DNA of 64,000 bases, from contig NC_067400.1 in assembly GCF_016432865.1 (NCBI RefSeq), positions 612,746,001 to 612,810,000 of the forward strand. Reading direction: 5' to 3'. The notes below the pieces were generated by a model. That model was given only the letters and a program-made list of their open reading frames with translations, was not told the DNA's origin and did not search any database. Below, piece by piece: positions 1 to 13,657 of this stretch. The position numbers and the translations under genes are program-made. Positions within the stretch are counted from its first letter, which is position 1, and each line of letters opens with the position of its first letter. The stretch is from Antechinus flavipes (taxonomy: Eukaryota).

Positions 1-784
1 CTGGGGGCTGGGAAATTCCTTTCCAGGGTTGGCTCTCTCTCTCTTGAGTTCACTTCTTTGTTGTCAAGGATCCTACATTTTGAAGCTTCTAATGGCCTTG
101 AGTGACTGTGAATCTGGGTTCATGCCGTCTCAACTGCCTTTGCCCTCTTGATTGTGTCTCTAATTATCTTAAATTAATTCTGTGATTGCTAGAAGTGTTT
201 ATTTCTTAGAAAATAGCTGGTTCTTGATGCCATGGCTAATTCTAAGGAAGAGAAAATTCCCAAATCCACTCAATTCCCATGCTCCCTTCATTCTCCCTTG
301 ACTCATCCCTAACTATCCAATGAGAGGGTCATGACATTGATTTATCATCCACAAGTCTTCCACTTCCGTAGTCATGAATTCAAGCTTTACCTATTCCTTA
401 TGATACCAAACCAATTTTCATTCTCCCTCGATTTTTTTGCAGACCACAGCTCTTACAACATCTCGGCATTCTTCTTGCTTCTCTCTTTTGGCCCCTAGAA
501 TCAGGGGCCTAAATTCAATTCAAATCTAAACTGTCCTCTAGTCTCAAATTAGAATTAACCAAATAAAAGCTAATAATTCCATGATACAATGAAAAATATT
601 AAAAAAACAAAATCAAAGGAGTGAAAAAATAAAGGCTGTAAGATCTCATAGCAAAAAAGAATGATCTATAAAACAAAAAGAATAGAAATTATTTAAGAAT
701 TATCAGGTGGTCTGAAAATCATGAGTTAAAAAGACTTGGACAATCTATTTCAAGAAATCCTAACAATTAATGGCCGAGATCTCT

Positions 785-985
785 TGGGCAGCTAGGTGGC
801 GCCATAGTGGATAGAATGTTGGACCTGAACTCCGGAAGACTTATTTTCCTAAGTTCAAATATGACTTCAGATACTTACTGGGCAAGCCACAAAATCCTGT
901 CTGCCTCAGTTTTCTCATTGCTAAAACGAACAAAATGGCAAACTACTCCATTATCTCTGCCAAGAAAACCCAAATGGGATCTTTG
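785..985 (+). mobile_element. CORE-SINE, Mar1-like
   Basis: tRNA-like head GGGCAGCTAGGTGG, core TGCCTCAGTTTTCTCA, tail GGCAAACTACTCC...TGCCAAGAAAACCC. Confidence 0.7.
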
Positions 986-1199
986 ATCCAAGAGACAGGT
1001 GGCCAATTGACCAACCTTTTATTGAAATGCCGGCATTTTTAAAATGATTAAATTACCCAGAAATTATTTGTTTCAAGCATTACCTCAAACTTTTGTTAAT
1101 ACCACAGTTATGAAAAACCATGAAGGGATTTTGCACTCCATATTCTTGACAAAAAAAATCCTCCATGTATCTTCAATCCATTTGGAGAGTTCTCTGTTA

Positions 1200-1470
1200 G
1201 TGATTTTCTTTTGTAAAAGATAAGCATCTTGGCCGATGAAACCATTCAATGATTTTTATTCATTGTCTTGCAGCCAGGTGTCCCAAAACGGGCACCAACG
1301 TCAGATTTTTTATACCCCATCCCCGAAACACAAGTACCTCCCCTGACTCTTCATTGGCTGGGGACTACAGAGGTTACAATCAACCCAGAGTACCTAATTC
1401 CCCCACAGTGGGGACTCTGAGTGCAAGCCCCCACCCCTGATTATATTTCCCATTCCCCACATTTCAGTAA
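1200..1470 (-). mobile_element. Possible solo LTR fragment
   Basis: On the minus strand CCAAT (1357-1353), TATAAAA (1314-1308) and AATAAA (1260-1255) occur in U3-R order; no termini or TSD found. Confidence 0.35.
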
Positions 1471-1758
1471 CCCCTAGCTCTTATTTTCTTTTACTTTTAT
1501 TTGGATGTGTATATATCCCTTTTGCATCTAATAGCATGTTTCTCATTCTAATTTATGGCCTCCCTTTATACATTTCCTTTCCTTTGTTCCACATCAGCCT
1601 AACATTTAGGTTTCATTTCTTAAGAGTTGTTTCATTTCTCTCATTTAAGTTTCATTTCTCTGATTTATTTTTTCCCATAACTCTATGGAAACTAAACCCT
1701 CACTCATTCAATTCTCATCTTTTACCACTAATTAAATTTTATTCAAGTAAGTTTATAT

Positions 1759-1930
1759 GTCCACTGTCTATCTTTTTCTTTAATGCTACAGCTCTCTAAT
1801 TTTCACTCTTCTCACTAGCAGAGCATTCACTTGCACAGACCACACGTCCACTGTGTATCTTTTTCTTTAATGCTACAGCTCTCTAATTTTCACTCTTCTC
1901 ACTAGCAGAGCATTCACTTGCACAGACCAC
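1759..1930. repeat. 87-bp direct tandem duplication
   Basis: 1759-1843 repeated at 1846-1930 with one mismatch. Confidence 0.9.
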
Positions 1931-2469
1931 AAGGACAGAGTTTGCAAGCAAATGAAATTCCCAAAGAGGGCTGCTTTGAAAAGAAGTTCTTCCCTAAAAT
2001 TGAGTTTTGGGGTGTCAGCAGAAATGTGGGAAGCTGTCGAAGGAATTTTGGGGTCCATTTTGAGACTCCTGTCTCGCCATTTCAGTTCTTTTTTTTTTTT
2101 AAGAGTTAATAAGCAGGTGTGGTCCAAAATTTTTTTGTAGATAAAACTTTCATTAAGAGCCCTGGGTTGATAAGAGGACTCAATGAAATAGGCAAGCTGT
2201 GAGGGTTCCAACTCTTGTAAAAACTATGAATTTTAAGGAACAAATGAGGATTGAGTATGGTTAAAATTCTTAGGGTTTCAGGCAGAGATGTGTCAAGGAA
2301 ATTAGGTCAAATATAGAATTGATTGAATGTGATGATGTGGTCATAAGAATTAGACAGGGTCAATTTAAAAAAAGTTCTCTCAAGAACATAGTTTTCATCT
2401 CAACTTTTGATTTCTGTATGTTTTTGTCTGTTTTGTCTTTGTCTTTAGGATATGACCTTCATGGAAAGG

Positions 2470-3150
2470 GTTCTGTATGTGCAAGAATGTTTGTGGCAGC
2501 CCTCTTTGTAGTGGCCAGAAACTGGAAACTGAATAGATGCCCATCAATTGGAGAATGGCTGAATAAATTGTGGCATATGAATATTATGGAATATTATTGT
2601 TCTATGAGAAATGACCAACAGGATGACTTCAGAAAGGCCTGAAGAGACTTACACGAACTGATGCTGAGTGAAACGAGTAGGGCCAGGAGATCAATATATA
2701 CTTCAAAAACAACACTATAGCTGATCAATTCTGACGGACCTGGCCATCCTCAGCAATGAGATGAACCAAATCAGTTCCAATAGAGCAGTAATGAACTGAA
2801 CCAGCTACGCCCAGCAAAAGAACTCTGGGAGATGACTAAGAACCATTACATTGAATTCCCAATCCCTCTATTTTTCCCCGCCTGCATTTTTTGATTTCCT
2901 TCACAGGCTAATTGTACAATATTTCAGAGTCCGATTCTTTTTGTACAGCAAAATAACGGTTGGTCATGTATACTTATATTGTATCTAATTTATACTTTAC
3001 TATATTTAACATCTATTGGTCATCCTGCCATCTGGGGGAGAGGGTAGGGGAAAGGAGGGGAAAAAATGGAACAAGAGATTTGGCAATTGTCAATGCCGTA
3101 AAGTTACCCATACATATAACCTGTAAATAAAAGGCTATTAAAATAAATTT
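2470..3150 (+). mobile_element. LINE-1 3' end (ORF2 C-terminus, 3' UTR, A-rich tail)
   Basis: MFVAALFVVARNWKLNRCPSIGEWLNKLW, G-rich tract, AATAAA tail. Confidence 0.85.
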
Positions 3151-3669
3151 AAAAATTTTTTTTAAAAAGGATATAATCTTCATTTGCTGAGAATGGGGTG
3201 GAGGTGGGGGAGATGAGGATGACTAAAAAAGCAGGGTGAGGCTCGCCTAGGCTATAATATTTAGAAAGGGGTAATTTTAATTTTGACTGTAAGTTCACAG
3301 TTGTAAAAGTAGAATCAGAGATCTCTGTAAAAATGCCAAGTTTTTTTTTTCTTTCGATTTGGCAGTGGATAAAGATGTAGACCAAGCAGCCAGAAGATTG
3401 CAAGGGTTGATTAGGGAAAGTTAAGAAAAGGGATTTTTAAAAGAAAAGATAAGGGTAAGTTAAGTTAGAAAAGGGAATCTGAAGCATGAGGAGTCAGACA
3501 TGATTAAACAATAACAAATAAAACTTATATTCAATAAAAGGCCAGTGAAGAAATGCCTAAAAATTAGTTCGAGACTAGATAAAGTAAGCCCATAGAATTG
3601 GTGGGTCAAAAAATGAGTCAAAGAAACATTCGATAATTTCTTTAAAAATAATAACAATGAGACAAATAC

Positions 3670-4280
3670 CAAAATTCATGAATTGAAACCAAACTAGTCC
3701 TTACACATGTAAACAATTTCAGCAATAAAAGAGCAAATTAACAAATTGGGCATGAAACTAAAAAACAAACAAACAAGTATCAAAATGAACAAATTGCAAC
3801 ACACAAATTAAATACCAAAATAAAAATCCTGAAAATAGAAGAGGTTATTAGCAAAACTGAAAGCAAAGAAAAATTCATTTAACAAATAAATCTTGGAACT
3901 AGTTTTTTAATCAACAAAATGGATAAACCTTGATTAAAATAAAGAAAACAAATCGCCAGTATCAAAAGTGAAAAAAAAATTCACAAGGAATGGGAAAAAT
4001 TCATATGATAATAAAATCGAACATTTAATTGAAATGAATTAATATGTACAAAAATATAAAATCCAGATAAATAGAATAAAAATAAAGGACTTAACACAGA
4101 CTTTTAAAATAGTATTTTATTTTTCCAAATACATGTAAAGATAGTTTTCAAAACATTTTTTGTAAAACTTTTTAACCCAGGTGTAAAAAGAAGAAAGAAA
4201 AGAACAAGCCATAAGTGATATCCCAATAGAAAAAACTTCTGGACTAGATCAATTTACACTTGAATCCTATCAAACATTTA
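3670..4280 (+). mobile_element. Degenerate LINE-1 ORF2 fragment
   Basis: A-rich L1-like sequence ending in CTGGACTAGATCAATTTACACTTGAATCCTATCAAACATTTAA (PGPDGFT.EFYQTF-like). Confidence 0.6.
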
Positions 4281-4289
4281 AGAGTTCTT

Positions 4290-5030
4290 CATAACCACTG
4301 ACCATTTCTTGGTTACCCACAACAGCTCTTTCTGATCCTTTAAAAACCTTTGTTTGACCCTACCATGTCCTCATCTTATATCTTGCTTTCCCAGCCAAAC
4401 TTCGTGTGGTTTTGAATAGAACTGGAGGAAATGACAAAAATGGATAGACTGATCCCACTACAAATTTACTTTTTAATCTGAGCTGGACCCTCCCTGCTCC
4501 ATAGCAATTATTCTACTCCTCCCTGACTGACTACACTACTCTCCATAGTAGATGCTCTGATCCTCTGTCTCTCTTCAGATTTCTCATGGCAACCCACCTT
4601 ATACTTTTCTACACACGAAAGCCATCTTGAAGCCATCTGGCATGAGTTCTTTCTTCTTCCTCCTCGTTTCACATCACTCTGACATCTTCCTCCATCATAC
4701 CCCCTTCACTCTTGTTTCTGATGGAAAGATAGTCCTTCTTGCAAACCCTTCTCCAGCAGTCTTTGACCTCATCCACTTCTTTGTCAGATGGCCTCTATTA
4801 TCATTCCCGCTTTCTCTTTTATCTTCAATTTTTCCCTATTTGTTAGATCTTTTCCTATTGCCTAACTGCTCTGCATTCTGGTTTCTAATCTTTTCTTCAG
4901 GCTCAACCTCTCTGTGACATTTGTCTCTCCTGATCACCTTCCTCTCATAGTCTCTCTTCCCTTTGTCACAATGGTTTTCCATTAGTCTGACTGTTCTCCA
5001 TCTCCCTTTGCTGGTTCTACATCCTGCTCA
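4290..5030 (+). mobile_element. Old LINE-2-like fragment
   Basis: C/T-rich degenerate sequence resembling L2 ORF2; no intact frame. Confidence 0.45.
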
Positions 5031-5229
5031 TGCTTTTGGGTGAGAAATGTATTCTTTTTATTTAGATTTTTTAGGGGATGGATTATTAATCAAATTAAAA
5101 GAAAAACTATTATAAAAGATAACTCTGATAGCATAAACCTAGAGGGGGGGAAATTCTGCCCCCACAAAAAAATTAACAAGCCTGAGATAAGGAAAAAAGT
5201 GGAAGAATGAAGAAAAAAATTGTATTAAA

Positions 5230-6470
5230 TTTCTCTGGAGAGATTTTATATATATATATCAAACAATTAACATATAAAACAATTCCCAAATAGTGTTAGC
5301 ATTAAAGATAATGAATAAATGGCTCTCCAAATAAGAATTACAAACTAACAGCCACATGAAAGAATACCCCAGATCGCCAAGAAGAGAAGGCAAATTAAAA
5401 GAGCCCTAAGGTTTCACCTCACACTCTGTAAATTAATAAAATGATAAAAGATGTGACTTGCCATTGTTAAAGAGTTTGGGGAAGAGAGGTGTGCCAGTGC
5501 ATTGCTGGTGGTGTTGTGAATTAGTATGACCATTTTGAGAAGCAATTTGGGATTATGCAAATAAACTGACTAAAATGTTCATACCATTTGACCCAGAGAT
5601 CTCATTCTTAGCTTTAAACCCCAAGAAAGCCACTGATAAGAGGAAAATGTACACATACGCCAAAATGCTTAGAGTAACACTTTCTGTAATAGGAATTGGA
5701 AACAGGAAATTCCAATTGATTGGAGAATAGCTAAACAAATCATGGTGTATGACTCTAATAGAATATTACTATGCTATAAGAAATGGAAAATGTGATTAAC
5801 ATAAAGAAACGTGGAAAGACCTGTGTGAATTGATATGGTAAAAAAAGTAAATAGAACCAAGAAAAAAAATTGTATGAAGTGAATGCAACAATGTAAATGA
5901 AAAGAACAACTACACAAATGTACGTATACAAAAATCAAAAGTATATGTAAAATTATAAAGAACTAGCGTGGCTCTAAAAAAGAGAAATTTACCCTTTTAC
6001 AGAGTCAGGAGATCCACAAGTGTTACACATTGCATATATATATTCAGGTTTTTTCAATATATTGTTCAGTTGTGTTGATCCCCCACCATTTTTTTTTTTG
6101 TTTGTTTTAAAAAAATACTATTTCTTATATGGAATGACCATCTGAGAGTAAAGAGAGGGATATTTGAAAAAACCATAGTCATGTAAAGAAACAAAATACA
6201 TCAAAAAAAAAATTAAAAACAAGTAAGAGAACTAGAGGAGAAAATGGGAAAAGAAATTTAAAATTTGAAAGAAAGATTTGAGAAAAGAATCAAAAGCTTG
6301 AAATAATAGGTACAACCCCCTTCTTTTTTGAGAACAAACCCCATGGAAAGTAGAATTAAGCAAATATAAGCCAATGACTTCATGATACAAAAAATACTAA
6401 AACAAAGTCAAAAGATTGAGGGGGAAATAGAACGAAATGTGAAGTATCTCCCAGAAAAAATAAATGTTAA
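5230..6470 (+). mobile_element. Old LINE-1 3' and ORF1 fragments
   Basis: CATTGCTGGTGG...GTGAATTAGTATGACCATTTTG, ACCATTTGACCCAGAG, CCAATTGATTGGAGAATAGCTAAAC. Confidence 0.65.
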
Positions 6471-6477
6471 GAAAAAA

Positions 6478-6725
6478 TGGAGGCAACTAGATGGTCCAGT
6501 GGTTACAGTGCTAAGCCTGAAGTCAGGAAGACATCAAATTTGACCTTGGACCTTATTACTGTGTGACTTCTTGTAAGTTATTTAACATCTGCCTGCTTCA
6601 GTTTCTACAACTATAAAAATTGGAATAATAATAGCACCTCTATCGCAGGATTTTTGTGGGAGGAATTGGTGAAATAATATCTCTAAATTACCTGTTACAT
6701 AGTTGGCATTATGTAAATGTTAACT
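6478..6725 (+). mobile_element. MIR-type CORE-SINE
   Basis: Head GGCAACTAGATGGTCCAGTGG, core CTTCAGTTTCTACAACTATAAAA, tail ATAATAGCACCT. Confidence 0.65.
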
Positions 6726-7299
6726 GTTTTTTAATTTATATTTTGTTCAGATTTATTTAGACTAAAGGGGCTAAATTGAGGTTTCCTATTCATACTTTTT
6801 ACTACTTCTTTCTATAATTCATTAATCTTTTCCTTTAAGTACTTAGACATTATGCCATTTGGTGAATATATGTTTAATATTGATAATAACACATTATTTA
6901 CAGTACTATTCAGCACAATGTCATATCCCTGTTTATTTTCTTTAGCTTCTTTTTTTGCTGTTTTGTCTGAGAACATATTAACACCTCTGCCCCTTATTTT
7001 AACTGTAGCTTTCTTGTTTCAAGTGTCTTTATTTTATCCTCTTACAGTCTATGTGTCGGTTTTTACCATTCCCGTACAGAATTATGACTGTTCATTTTGT
7101 ATTTTCTTCCATCTTATTGTCTTCTGCTTTTTTTGTTTGTTTGTTTGTTTGTTTGTTTGTTTCCCATTCCCTCATAAAGAAGAGGACGCTAGGGGACAAG
7201 GAGTGAACTCTGTACTTGTACTCACATTTCTGTTACCTTGTCCCATTTCTCTTTATTTCGCTGGAATAACTAACCATTTTGGAAAATTGGAACGATGCC

Positions 7300-8680
7300 C
7301 CAGAAGCTGTAAACTATGTATATACTTCAGCCCAGCAGTATAGCTACTAGATCTATACCCTCAATGAGATAAAAGAAAGAGATAAAAATAGCTCTTTGTG
7401 GGTAGAAAAAGAAGCCTTTGGAAACCAAAGGCTTGCCCATCAGCTGGAAAATGGCTGAATAAGTTACAGTATGAAAATATGATGAAATACTATATGTTAT
7501 AAAGCTAAAGAAAGAGAAAGCTTCAGGAAAACATGGGGAAACTTGCATGAAATGATGGAAAATAAAATGAGCAGAACCAGGAGAACAATTTATACAATAA
7601 TAACAATATAGCAAAGATAATCAGCTTTGAAAGACTTAGGAATGTTTTGTATCTAATTAAATGATAGAATCACAAGAGATAAAATGAATAATTTTGATTT
7701 AGTAAATTAAAGAGATTTTGCACAAACAAAACTAATTCAGCCAAAATTAAAAGAAAAGCAAGAAACTGAGGGGAGAGCACATTTTTACAACAAATTTCTC
7801 TAACAAAGGTCTTGCTTCTTCAATATGTGGGAAATGGAGCCAAATTTGTACAAATAAGAGCCATTCTCCAATTGTCAAAGAATACGAACAGGCAATCTTC
7901 CGAAGATGAAACTAGTGCTATCAACAGTTGTATGAAAAATACTCCAAATTACAATTAGAAAAATGCAAATTAAAACAATTCTGAAATATCACCTCATACC
8001 CATCAGATTGGCTAACATGACAGAAAAAGGGAAAGGTATGCTAATGTACTTGGGATGAATTGATCCAAACATTCTGAAGACTATAAAGACTATAAAACTA
8101 TATATATTCTTTGACCCAGCAATACTTCTACTGGATCTATATCCCAAAGAGATGAAAGAAAGGGGGAAATCGTTCTAGCAGTTCCTTTTATGGTAGCAAA
8201 ACTTAAAATTGAGGGAATGTGCATCAATTAGGATTGTCTAAATAAGATTATGATGAAATACTATTGTGCAATAAGAAATGACGGAGATGGTTTCAGAAAA
8301 ACCTGGGGATACTTATGTGAGTTAATGCAAGTGAAGTGAACAGAAAGAGTAGAACACTATACACAGTAACAGCAATATTGTACAATGATCAACTGTGAGA
8401 GACTTAGAAACTCTGACCAATACAATGATCCATGACAATTCAAAAGAATTCGTGATGAAAAATGTTATACAACTACCTCCAGATATAAAGCTGATAGACT
8501 CATGATGCACACTAACGTATATATTTTTTCTTTATTTTTTGACATGAATAATGCGAGAATTTGTTTTACTTGATTAGGCACATTAATAACATTTTGATTT
8601 TTTTTGTCTTCTCAATGGGAAGGAAAAGGAGACGAGTTTGCAACTGAAAATAAAATTTAACTTTAAATATAATGAATTAA
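7300..8680 (+). mobile_element. Old LINE-1 3' fragments
   Basis: GAAAAATGCAAATTAAAACAATTCTGAAATATCACCTCATACCCATCAGATTGGCT and other L1 ORF2/3' UTR motifs. Confidence 0.7.
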
Positions 8681-8784
8681 AATGCATTTTGAGGTTAAAA
8701 ATACAGAAGCAAAGACAGTCCTCAATCCCAAGAAGCTTACATTCAAATGAGGAAAGTAAAGGGTGAAGGGATGGTAAAAATGGA

Positions 8785-9045
8785 GAAGCACTTTGGTCTG
8801 AGTTTATTATTGTTTTTTTTGGTGATGTTTCTCTTTTTTTATATTTTATTTTATTTTATAATAACTTTATATTGACAGAATCCATGTCAGGGTAATTTTT
8901 TTTACAACATTATCCCTTGCACTCACTTCTGTTCCGATTTTTCCCCTCCCTCCCTCCACCTCCTCCCCTAGATGGCAAGCAGTTCTATATATGTTAGATA
9001 TGTTGCAATATATCCTAGATACAATATATGAAGCACTTTGGTCTG
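8785..9045 (-). mobile_element. 5'-truncated young LINE-1 3' end with 16-bp target-site duplication
   Basis: GAAGCACTTTGGTCTG at 8785-8800 and 9030-9045 flanks an antisense L1 3' UTR with a T-rich tail. Confidence 0.85.
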
Positions 9046-9542
9046 GAAAGTTACTGAATTGCTGAGTAGGGCTATACAGGAATAAGTTGACACACCCCAT
9101 CCAAGGACATTGACAGAATTGGTTTGATTCTTGGTTCCAGATCTGGCAAGAGAAAGTGCAGAACACTGGATTTGGAAGAACTAGGCTACAATTTCAACCT
9201 TTTCCCCTTTTTTTCCCTGCATATCCCCAGCCTAGTCTTTTACTTCCGGGGTTCAGTTACAATACTTAATTCAATTACAATATTTATTTAGCATTTGCGT
9301 TGCACTAGATTTTGTGGGAGGCATAAGGGATACAAAAATTAAACCAAGGTCCCTTTATACAAGTGCCACCTCCTCTGTGAAGCCTTCCCTGGGCCTCTCC
9401 CTCAGGTGAAAGTTACAGAATCGAGGATCCATCCAAGACGTAAGAGACCATGAGTGCAATCTCCTCCTTTTAGAGGGGAGAATCACAAAGGTAACTTGCC
9501 CACGGTCACCTAAGGATGGGATTTGAACCTGAGTCTTGAATT

Positions 9543-9810
9543 TAGGGGTCAGTTAAAGGGCTCAGTGGATAAAGTGCCAAGTCTGGACTTCCAAGGACCT
9601 GAGTTCAAAACCAGCCTCAGACACTCACTATGTGACTGTGGGCCAGTCACTTCACTCTATTTGCCTCAGATTCCCCATCTGTAAAATGAACAGGAGGTAG
9701 AGGTTAGTATAGATGGAAAAGGAAATGGCCAATCCCTCCATTATCCAGTTTTCTTGCCAAGAAAACTTCAAATGGGGAACATGATTGAACTTGAATCCAA
9801 GACTAGTACT
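9543..9810 (+). mobile_element. CORE-SINE, Mar1-like
   Basis: GGACCTGAGTTCAAAACCAGCCTCAGACACT, TGCCTCAGATTCCCCATCTGTAAAATG, GCCAAGAAAAC. Confidence 0.7.
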
Positions 9811-10529
9811 TTTTCTACTGTGCCCCATGACCCCTCTCTCATGAAATTTCAATTTCTCTTAACGCATTGATTAGACTTCATCCCACTCTCTCATATCCAT
9901 TTGAGTGCTAGAGTCTGCTCCTGCCTGGATCTGGAATCAGAAAGTGCAATCAGAGTGCAATGGCAGAGTGTTTTGTATGTATTGCATTACATTGAGAAAG
10001 AACATGGCCAAACAGAACAGCTTCCTGCTCCTGCCCCTGCTCCTGCTCCTGCTCCCTCTCTTACTCTCACAGATCCATCCTCAAAATATGACACCCAAAA
10101 CCAAATGTAAAAGATCAGTGAGCACTACCACAACCATGCAAGTGGAAGTCAACTAGATACCTTTCATTCTCCCTTCTATGTGTCTAGTGTTGAGAGTCAG
10201 TCAACAGCAATGTTTCCCTCATCCAGGATCTTGAGCTCTCCAAAATGACTGCATCTACTGGTTAATGTGGCACAGAAACAAAACCAAGAGTCAACGCCAT
10301 GACCCCACCCACTTTATTGGAAAACCTTAAATTTATTGGCACATTGGTTCTAGAGAAGATCTCAGACTGATTTCTTACATATTGAATAATCTGAGAAGAA
10401 TCTGCATGACTTCAAGGCAATGAATGACAGTGGATTTAACTCAGTGTTGAAACCAGTTGGAACTTCTCTTTTATGGCAGATCATTCATTCCATTCCACCT
10501 CTTCTTTTCCCTTCCTCACACGATATTTC

Positions 10530-12790
10530 TTGCTCACCTCCAAAATCGAAACTCCTACATCCAAAACTTCCAAAAAACAAAAAATAAATAAGAATTGGCC
10601 TCAGGCCATGGAAGGGCTCAAAAGGAATTTTGAAAATCAAGTAAGACAAGTAGAGGAAAAATTGGGAAGAGAAATGAGTAATGCAAAAAGAAATACAAAA
10701 AGCCAAAAGAGGAGAAGAATGCTTTAAAAAACAAATTTAGCTAAATGGGAAAGGAGATAGAAAAGCTCACTGAGGAAAATAATTCATTAAAAATTAAAAT
10801 TGAGCAAATGGAAGCTGATAATCTTATGAGAAATCAAGAAACAATAAAATAAAAGCTAAAAAATAAAGAAATAGAACACAATGTGAAATATCTCAATGGA
10901 AAAACAACTGATCTGGAAAATAGTTAAATGATTGCTCTACCTAAAAACCATAATCAGAAAAAGAGCCTGGACAGCATCATGAAGGAAATTATCAAGGAAA
11001 CCTGTCCTAATAGTTTAGGACCAGAAAGTAAAATAAAAATCGAAAGAATCTACTAATCACCTCCTGAAAGAGATCCCAAAATAAAAAAAAAAAACCAGGA
11101 ATATTACAGCCAAATTCCAGAATTCCCTGGTCAAGGAGAAAATATTGCAAGTATCTGGAAAGAAACAATGCAAATATAGTAGAACCACAGATATGTTAAC
11201 ACAAAATTTAGCAGCTTCCACAGTAAAGAATCAGAGACCTTGGACTATGATATTCCAGTGACCAATGCAACTAGATTACAACAAGAATCAACTACCCAGC
11301 AAAAATGAATATAATATTTCAGAGGAAAAGGTGAGCATTTGATGAAATAGATGACTTTCAAGCATTCCTGATGAAAAGAACAGAGCTGAATAGAAAATTT
11401 GACTTCCAAATATAGGACTTAGGAGAAGCAAAAGGGAAAATCAGAAAAAGGAAACCATAAGGGACTTAATAAAATTAATCTGTATATATTCCTACATGGG
11501 AGGATGATACTCATAACTTGTGAGAACTTTCTCATTATCAGCACAGTTAGTTTATATAGATTGAGGACACAGATATGAGTTGAAAACGAAGGGAAAATAT
11601 CTAAAAAAAATTAAGGGGTGAATGAGAAATGTAGTGGGAGAAAGGGAAAGGAAGAGGTGGAATGGAATGGATTATCTGCCATAAAAGAGGGAAGAAAAAG
11701 CTTTTACAGTGGCAAGAAAAGGGGGAAGGGAAGAGGAATGGATGATTCCTCTCATCAGAATTGGCCCAAAAAGGAAAAAACATATACAGCAAATATGAAA
11801 TCTATCTTACTCTTTTGGAAAGTAGAAGGGGAAGGAAATATGAGAAGAGGGGAAGGAAATATGAGAAGAGGTGAGGGGGCAGAAGAGAGAGCATATTGGG
11901 GGAGAGGAAGGTCAAAGGCAAACCACTTTTGAGGGACAGGATGAAAGGAGGAATAGGATGAACAGGGAGAAATACAGTTAGCAATAGTAATTCTGAAAAG
12001 AATTTTGAAGCAAGTTTCTTTGATAAAAGCCTCATTTCTCAAATATATAGGGGATTGAGTCAAATTTATTTGTAAAAAAAAGCCATTCCTCAACTGATAA
12101 ATTATCAAAAGATATATGAACTTTGCCCAAATGGTTATGACATTTGCATATGCTTTGATCTAACAATTAGTACTAGGTATGAATCCCAAAAGAGATTTTT
12201 TAAAAAGTAAAAAGACTTATATGTATTAAAATATTTGTAGTAGTTCTTTTCTCAGGGCAAAGAATTAGAAATTCTCAGAGTAAAAGAAATCCATCAATTG
12301 GGGAACGGCTGAATAGATTATGGTATGTGATTATGATGGAATATTATTCGATAAGAAATGGTGTGCAGTATGATCTCAGAAAAAAACCTGAAAAATCCTC
12401 CATGAACTCATAGTGCAAAATAATAGCAATGTTGTGGGATGATCAGTTGTGAATGACTGCTAATTCTCAGCAATACAATGATTCAAGACTACTCTGAAGA
12501 ACTTAAAAAGAAAAATGCTACCATTCTCAAAGAACTGGTTGTATCTGAGTCCAGATAGAATACATTTTTTTTCCCCAAGTACCTTTTGAAAAGATTGCAT
12601 ACTTTTTTTACTTCATTTTTCTTGAGGGTTTTTTTTTTTTGGTGGGGTGAAGGGAGAGCTATTTTTTTTCCGCATGACATTTATGGAAATGTTTTCTGTA
12701 ACGTCACATGTGCCTTCTCCATTGGGCAGGAGAGAGGAAAGAAGAAAATCTGGATCTCAAAGTTTTAAAAACGAATGTTTATATGTAACC
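10530..12790 (+). mobile_element. Internally deleted LINE-1 (ORF1 remnants joined to 3' region)
   Basis: KNWPQAMEGLKRNFENQVRQVEEKLGREM (L1 ORF1 coiled coil), further ORF1 motifs to about 11450, then ORF2 3' and UTR motifs from about 12000. Confidence 0.75.
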
Positions 12791-13572
12791 CAGGAAAATT
12801 AAAAAAAAATTTTAAATAAGGTATCACTATTCTCATAAGATCTAAATTCTTCTGAGTCTTTGGGCTCAACATAGCATTTAAATTGTTATACCGCAAATGA
12901 CATGTGGCAGAGTAATGATGGGTTACAACCTTCTCTCAATGAAAGTAGAGTAAATCTGGTTTTCACAATATTCTGTAGAAACTAGATATTCCCATTACGC
13001 CCCCAACCAACAAAATGTTAGATTTCATCGGCTACTTTGCTTTCCTTAATTCCAAAGATCTTTGAAGTTTGCAGCCTCTTAAATGACTTTTTTCTTAACT
13101 TATTCCAATTACATGTAAAGAGAGTTTTCAACATTCATTTTTGTGAGATTTTTGAGCTCCAAAAAAAAAATGTTTCCATCTCTTCCTTCCCCCGACCCAA
13201 GACAGCAAGCAATTTAGGTTACACGTGTACAGTCATGTCAAACATATTTTCCACATTAAGTTGTGAGAGAAGATTGAGTAACTTTCAAATAATGGTACAG
13301 CTCAAATAATTACCAGTTTTGATGATCGTTTCAAAACAAGCTGATTGTTTCAAAATCTCAAAATGCCAAACAAGATAAATTGAGTTTGGGGAACTTAAGG
13401 ATTGGGAGCTTCATTGCATCATTTTAAGTTCACAAGACTTTTGTTCTATTTTTGTAATTTTCTGTTTAATCTTTGGGATGTTTAACAGATCAGAATGGTC
13501 ACCATCTCAGAGAGGAAGAAGAAAAGGAAAAAATTTGGAATTTAAAACTTTTTTAAACGTTTAAAAATGTTT

Positions 13573-13657
13573 TTACATATAATTGGGGAAATATATATAT
13601 ATATATTTTGCACTCATAGTGCAAAATATATATATATATTTCCCCAATTATATGTAA
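13573..13657. repeat. Near-perfect inverted repeat (42/40-nt arms, 3-nt loop)
   Basis: TTACATATAATTGGGGAA(AT)8TTTGCACT-CAT-AGTGCAAA(AT)7TTCCCCAATTATATGTAA. Confidence 0.92.

Noticed and set aside
785-860. tRNA-like heads here and at about 6480, 9545, 49930 and 52625
   Set aside because: SINE heads followed by CORE sequence; no complete cloverleaf.
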